From an uncultured bacterium (lineage in GTDB: Bacteria; Babelota; Babeliae; Babelales; Vermiphilaceae), in assembly GCA_963713925.1 (NCBI GenBank), contig OY970212.1, positions 864,001 through 928,000 of the forward strand: a stretch of DNA of 64,000 nucleotides, in the 5' to 3' direction. A model generated the notes under the pieces. That model did no database searches and was not told where the DNA came from. It saw only the letters and a list, made by a program, of their open reading frames with translations. This document shows positions 59,148 to 64,000 of the stretch, in pieces. How positions within the stretch are numbered: position 1 is the stretch's first letter; each line of letters opens with the position of its first letter. The position numbers and the translations under genes were made by a program.

Positions 59148-59606
59148 TTACTCTGTTTTCTTCTGTTCTTCTGAATCAACAAAGAAAATGGTATCAATAG
59201 CTGCTTTTGCAGTTTGATAGAGTGAATAGAGAGTTAGTGACCCACCGATAAGACCAGCGCCTATTCCAATGATCGCACGATTATTGTGCCAGAACTTTGC
59301 CCGATTATGTATTTTTGAAACTTTATCGATTCCATCAAAGATACCAACTGGTTCTGGGGTAATTTTAATCAATAAATCGGCTACTTGTTCATAACTAAAA
59401 TCGTTAGCAGCTTTGCAAATCAAGCCGGTAATACCTGCAGTGGCAGCGGTCGCCAATGCTAAAACCGAAGTTTTTAAAGCATTTTTGGTGAAAATGTATG
59501 CATTTTTCTTGAGAGAACCTTCATTCTTCGGTTGATTATCTTGTCCCGCAAACACTTGGCTTGCACACAATCCAGCAGCGATAACTGCCAACATTAAACG
59601 TTTCAT
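59148..59606 (-). CDS. MKR-type two-TM hypothetical protein
   Basis: MKRLMLAVIAAGLC; F.KNALKT shared with 60435-60818. Confidence 0.75.
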   Translation of the reverse strand: MKRLMLAVIAAGLCASQVFAGQDNQPKNEGSLKKNAYIFTKNALKTSVLALATAATAGITGLICKAANDFSYEQVADLLIKITPEPVGIFDGIDKVSKIHNRAKFWHNNRAIIGIGAGLIGGSLTLYSLYQTAKAAIDTIFFVDSEEQKKTE

Positions 59607-59649
59607 AGAGAAACCTCCTTAAAATTGATTTTAAACAATTACTATTCTA

Positions 59650-59677
59650 ATTGTACAAGGCCTTGAGGAGTCGTCAA
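59650..59677 (-). promoter_or_regulatory. Putative sigma70 promoter in duplicated upstream block
   Basis: TTGACG-16 nt-TACAAT; block ~59597-59685 is repeated at ~60250-60340. Confidence 0.6.
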
Positions 59678-59758
59678 AAGCCCCCCGATTCAAAAAAGGC
59701 ACCCCAAGTTTCCCTGGAGTGCCTTTGATCTATTTATCAATCGTTTGCAGATGATATT

Positions 59759-60259
59759 TTATTGATTTTTCAATACCTGAAGTTCAGCTTTCAATTGTTC
59801 AACTTTTGCATTATTTTTGGCTCTGTTGTGCCAATAAAGCACTTGAACCCCAACCCAAGCAAAAACTGATAGTGCTCCGGGAATGCAGGCTATTATGCCT
59901 TTTTTGTTCAAGGACTGGAATTCATTCCAAATATCAGCCCGCTCAGGTGCGTTAAAAGCATCCATCACAGGTGCAATTATGGGATCATTATCATTCAAAT
60001 CTTTTAATCTAGCTTGAAGTAAATTGACCTTAGAAGCAAGAGCACGTATCCAGTTAGCTGATCCTGCGACACCAATAAGTGCCGCAGCCGTCGATGGAAC
60101 GGTGTATTTTAACCATGTTCCAAAGCCATAAGAACTTGATTTAATCTCTGCCTCAAGTTGTGCTATTCTGAGTTTCTTTGCAGTTTCTGTATCGCTAGCA
60201 AAAGAGCTAGAGCCTGCACACAATCCGGCAACAATAGCTGCCAATAGTAAACGTTTCAT
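59759..60259 (-). CDS. MKR-type two-TM coiled-coil hypothetical protein
   Basis: MKRLLLAAIVAGLC; AAGGAGG RBS. Confidence 0.75.
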   Translation of the reverse strand: MKRLLLAAIVAGLCAGSSSFASDTETAKKLRIAQLEAEIKSSSYGFGTWLKYTVPSTAAALIGVAGSANWIRALASKVNLLQARLKDLNDNDPIIAPVMDAFNAPERADIWNEFQSLNKKGIIACIPGALSVFAWVGVQVLYWHNRAKNNAKVEQLKAELQVLKNQ

Positions 60260-60302
60260 AGAGAAACCTCCTTAAAATTGATTTTAAACAATTATTACTC
60301 TA

Positions 60303-60331
60303 ATAGTAACAAGGCTTGGAGATGGCGTCAA
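60303..60331 (-). promoter_or_regulatory. Putative sigma70 promoter in duplicated upstream block
   Basis: TTGACG-17 nt-TACTAT with TG extension. Confidence 0.6.
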
Positions 60332-60434
60332 AAGCCCCCCCTCCCCGGAGAATCTACAATATCTCGATCCAGTATAAAAAAAGGCCCGGATTTCTAAATC
60401 CGGGCTATCAAATTCGTTTTAATTTCGCTTTTTT

Positions 60435-60818
60435 TTACTCTTTTTCTGAATCTTCCGAAGACAACATGTCATTAACTGATGTCATGGTCATATATCCAAA
60501 AAGAGCCGTCGCATTGATGCCAAAAAGAACTGAATAGATTGTGGAAATCATGTGATTTGCTTTTAAACGGAGCATTTCATGCCCGGGAGCAGCTACTTTA
60601 CGAATCATATCATTCACCTCAAAAGATTCTTGAAGAATGAGTCCGGTACCAGCTGCCACTACAACAGTTCCAACGGCACATGCGGTTGTCTTTAATGCAT
60701 TTTTCACAAACCGAGACACTTTTGAACTTTTGGATTGATTTGAACTCGAATTTTGCTCAGCAAAAGAAGTTCCCACGCATACTCCAGCAGCAATTATCGT
60801 CAACAACATACGTTTCAT
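60435..60818 (-). CDS. MKR-type two-TM hypothetical protein
   Basis: MKRMLLTIIAAGVC; SFA cleavage site. Confidence 0.75.
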   Translation of the reverse strand: MKRMLLTIIAAGVCVGTSFAEQNSSSNQSKSSKVSRFVKNALKTTACAVGTVVVAAGTGLILQESFEVNDMIRKVAAPGHEMLRLKANHMISTIYSVLFGINATALFGYMTMTSVNDMLSSEDSEKE

Positions 60819-60885
60819 AGAAGAAACCTCTTTATATTGGGGGTTTAAAACAGTGCTTATAATTCTAATGTGGAAAAAACATACT

Positions 60886-61260
60886 TCAAACAGACTTCCT
60901 CTCCCTCAAATTCTGCAATGCATCGAGCACGCGCATAAAGAGATGTTCAACTTTCTCAAACTCCAGAGAAACGCTTGGTTTTTTAGCAACAATAATAAGA
61001 TCTTTACCCATGGGGGCGACTTGGTGCTTAGCAAATAACGCCTTCAACCGTCGTCTAATCTTATTTCGTTGCACAGCATTACCAATATGCCCGGGGGTAA
61101 CGACGACCAATCTCCCCTGGGATTCAGGAGAAAAATTTGTACCCCTGCTTGCGCTAGGGGGCCCCACGGGTTCGGCTAAAACGTCAAAAGCCGGATGCCT
61201 AAAAACTCGCGAAGCGGTTTTAAACATCCGGTTAATTTCTTGCTTAGTTAATTTCTGCAT
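60886..61260 (-). CDS. rnpA: Ribonuclease P protein component, with in-frame palindromic insertion
   Basis: IGNAVQRNKIRRRLK RNR motif; downstream of rpmH. Confidence 0.92.
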   Translation of the reverse strand: MQKLTKQEINRMFKTASRVFRHPAFDVLAEPVGPPSASRGTNFSPESQGRLVVVTPGHIGNAVQRNKIRRRLKALFAKHQVAPMGKDLIIVAKKPSVSLEFEKVEHLFMRVLDALQNLRERKSV

Positions 61261-61281
61261 GTTCAAAGCAATAAAGCCTGA

Positions 61282-61425
61282 TTACGCACGAACGGCAACA
61301 CGTTTTCTGCCACGAGATCTGCGGCGATTAAGGATCAAACGGCCATGGCGACTTGCCATACGTTTACGGAATCCGTGCTTTCTATTGCGCTTTTTATTGC
61401 TTTTTTTGAAAAAAGTTACTGACAT
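61282..61425 (-). CDS. rpmH: 50S ribosomal protein L34
   Basis: Translated by hand: [47 protein letters not shown] (47 aa). Confidence 0.96.
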   Translation of the reverse strand: MSVTFFKKSNKKRNRKHGFRKRMASRHGRLILNRRRSRGRKRVAVRA

Positions 61426-61515
61426 GGGCTTCCTGAGGTAGAAGATATTCTTTTATTGTTATTTATCGACAATCTTATTGCTTATAATAAGGCAAAATCG
61501 GATATTTTTCAAATT

Positions 61516-62439
61516 TTATATGGAAGATAAAAATCGCTCAGCGTCAAGCGAAGCCTGGCATCCGCTGCCGGCAGAAGTAATTGCCTGGCGGTATCTATCA
61601 TCAAAAACGTCCCCGGCGGCAAACACCCCCGGAACAGATGTTTTGGTATGATCATGCACAGAGATATATCCGTAGCTATTGAGCAATAGCTGGCCTTTGA
61701 ATATTCCTGTATTAGGGTTCAATCCGATTGCCACAAATACCCCGTCGACCGGAAGCTCTCGTTTATCACCCTTCTTTTGATCTTGAATCACGACGCCCGT
61801 CACTCGCGAGCCATCCCCCTTGATTTCAACCACCGTTGCCTGGTAGATGATTTTGATATCCGGGTGCTTCACTACTTTTTCACGCATAACGGCAGATGCG
61901 GTCAATTGCGGCAAAATATGCACGATAGTGACTGATTTAGTGAATTTGGTCAAAAAAAGCGCTTCCTCAGCAGCAGTATCTCCCCCACCTACCACGATCA
62001 CTCGCTTATCTTTATAAAATGCGGCATCACACACGGCGCAACTTGACACTCCCCTGCCCCACTGTTGCTGCTCGCCCGCGCACCCCAATTTTTTCGGTGT
62101 GGCTCCGGTTGCAATTATAACCGCACGAGCTTGAAACTGTTTTTCTTTTGATGTCCAAATTTGAAATGGTTGCGAAGAAAAATCAACTCTTACCACTTCG
62201 CCACCGACGATCTCAGCTCCATATGCTTGCGCATGCTCACGCATATTCATCATCAATTTTGGCCCGAAAATCGAAATATTTCCTGGCCAGTTTTCGATCT
62301 CAGAGGTCCCCATCAATTGCCCGCCGGGCTGCGAACCTTCAATCACAATTGGCGACAAATTTGCTCGACCAGCATATATGGCTGCGGTAAGCCCGGCCGG
62401 CCCCGCTCCAATGATAATCAAGTTATGAATTTTGCTCAT
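61516..62439 (-). CDS. trxB: Thioredoxin reductase
   Basis: GAGPAG, GVSSCAVCD, GGGDTA and TSVPGVFAAGDV. Confidence 0.97.
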   Translation of the reverse strand: MSKIHNLIIIGAGPAGLTAAIYAGRANLSPIVIEGSQPGGQLMGTSEIENWPGNISIFGPKLMMNMREHAQAYGAEIVGGEVVRVDFSSQPFQIWTSKEKQFQARAVIIATGATPKKLGCAGEQQQWGRGVSSCAVCDAAFYKDKRVIVVGGGDTAAEEALFLTKFTKSVTIVHILPQLTASAVMREKVVKHPDIKIIYQATVVEIKGDGSRVTGVVIQDQKKGDKRELPVDGVFVAIGLNPNTGIFKGQLLLNSYGYISVHDHTKTSVPGVFAAGDVFDDRYRQAITSAGSGCQASLDAERFLSSI

Positions 62440-62475
62440 ATTAAAAACCTAATTTTTTTTAACATTTTTGAAACA

Positions 62476-62533
62476 GGGTCCCCAATTTTTTTGACACGGG
62501 GCCCCCAAAATTTTTAAAGAAAATTTTGGGGTA
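62476..62533. repeat. R2 hairpins
   Basis: GGGTCCCCAA then GGGGCCCCCAAAATTT...AAATTTTGGGGTA. Confidence 0.65.
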
Positions 62534-62536
62534 TAT

Positions 62537-63841
62537 TTAATGCCGTATCAACGTATGAATGACATGATTCAACATCTTTTCTCTACCACAAAACAGCTTC
62601 AGATACTCAGAACTCATCGGCATTTCTTGCCCTATGTTTTTCGCCAACGGTGTGCCAAAATAAATAAATTCTTTTGTGCGAGGCCGCTGCATTAAGGTCA
62701 GATAGCTTTTGACATCATTCTCGCTAATATCCATTGAATCATTGTGCATAATTGCATCCATCATCACAGCCTCTTTAGATTGTTTTTCAGCTAATTGACG
62801 CAGGCTTGCTTGGAAATCTTTTTGCACGCGATACACATGATAATCCGGATTATGTTGCATATCAGCTAATAATTGTTGTTGGTGACGCAACACTAAAGAA
62901 TTAGGGATTTCAAATTTGTGTTTGGTTAATAATAATCGCAACGAATCTTCGGCAATATTTCTTCTTAACGAAATATCATTGCGATAGGAAAACACTTCTA
63001 TTAACCTTTGCTGTATTTCTTTGTTTGTCTTCAGTTTAAAATGATGCTTTAATTGCTCGAGACAAAAAAACGCATTTTTTACAATTCCAGTGATCGTTAT
63101 TTCGAAGCTATAATTCACCTGAAGCTGCAATGAAAAATAGGATTGCAATACGATGCTGTCGGTCACAAATGTTTCATGTAATTTTCTTCCAACAAATAGC
63201 GAACGCAGCGCCACGTCAACATCTTCTTCTCCCAGCTTAAGCCAAAGATCTTCGGTGAGCGTTTGAGTATCGCGAGAAAGTGGATCAATGATTTTTATGG
63301 AAAACCCAACCCAATCACCCACTTGCGCGCATGTCTCATCACAATTTTTTGATTTTTCTTTTTCTTCTTTTATGAACGATTCAACTTGACGGTCGAGGTC
63401 TTTATAATTTTTTCTTTTTGGTGCTTTAAACGGGAAATACTGCCATTCCAATAGCGCCAACCCCTGCACCGGCACAACCTCAAAGGTATAAGCTGCAGAA
63501 TTCGGCAAATCAAGATCAACGGAATGAATGCGCGGAGAACCGGTGATCAAAACCTTTTCTTTTCTCAGTGTTTTATAGAGTGTCTTGATGACACAATACT
63601 GAAGAAAAAATTCTTCAAGATGATCTGCTATGGTTTCTTTGAGCGAGTAGGCTATATATTCAAGAGGAGCAGCTCCACGCGCAAAACCCGGCGCATGCAC
63701 TTGACTTTGCAAAAGTTCCAACGTCTGCCGATATACAAACGAGACAAAATCCTGTGGAACCGCTATTGAAATATAAGTGACGACGGGAGAATCCTTATGT
63801 ATCTCATACGAGATACCGCTTACTTCTTGCTTCATAGACAT
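62537..63841 (-). CDS. Divergent trigger-factor-like protein
   Basis: APGFARGAAP (GFRxGxxP-like), AQVGDWV FKBP-like segment and FEIPNSLV. Confidence 0.7.
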   Translation of the reverse strand: MSMKQEVSGISYEIHKDSPVVTYISIAVPQDFVSFVYRQTLELLQSQVHAPGFARGAAPLEYIAYSLKETIADHLEEFFLQYCVIKTLYKTLRKEKVLITGSPRIHSVDLDLPNSAAYTFEVVPVQGLALLEWQYFPFKAPKRKNYKDLDRQVESFIKEEKEKSKNCDETCAQVGDWVGFSIKIIDPLSRDTQTLTEDLWLKLGEEDVDVALRSLFVGRKLHETFVTDSIVLQSYFSLQLQVNYSFEITITGIVKNAFFCLEQLKHHFKLKTNKEIQQRLIEVFSYRNDISLRRNIAEDSLRLLLTKHKFEIPNSLVLRHQQQLLADMQHNPDYHVYRVQKDFQASLRQLAEKQSKEAVMMDAIMHNDSMDISENDVKSYLTLMQRPRTKEFIYFGTPLAKNIGQEMPMSSEYLKLFCGREKMLNHVIHTLIRH

Positions 63842-64000
63842 CTCACTCCTAAAACTCAAACTTTTTTTCAAAGACTACTCTTTATACTTTGAAATTGCAA
63901 AAGAATGGAAGTATGGCGTGGAATAGGGGAAAAATTGAAAAATGAGAGATTTCGAGAACTGGGTTACGCATCTACTCTATGATATATAATTTACTATTGA

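Noticed and set aside
61426..61515. oriC next to rpmH
   Set aside because: No dnaA and no cluster of TTATCCACA boxes seen

Overview
Bacterial chromosomal window (~40% GC by eye) that most resembles Candidatus Dependentiae/Babeliales (TM6, intracellular protist parasites). This assignment is inferred from gene content and is not confirmed by a search. Housekeeping genes (acpP, fabD-like, gltX, plsX, rpmF, dprA, ABC-F, gyrA, lepA, TroABCD/MntABC-type metal transporter, grpE, ssb, pgsA-like, mnmA, argS, rnpA, rpmH, trxB, tig-like) are interleaved with ~35 orphan ORFs carrying a stereotyped MKR/MKK signal peptide. Several of these show eukaryote-directed features: F-box-like motifs, Skp1/BTB-like + WD40, kinase, J-domain, GNAT, a mitochondrial-presequence-like mature N-terminus and Inc-like hairpins. 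Intergenic DNA is dominated by at least four families of short palindromic repeats that nest inside one another and inside two coding regions. A ~130-160 nt structured element occurs three times with compensatory changes (1688-1940, 48295-48461, 48601-48760) and is a candidate unannotated ncRNA family. No rRNA, tRNA, CRISPR array, transposase or prophage was recognised.
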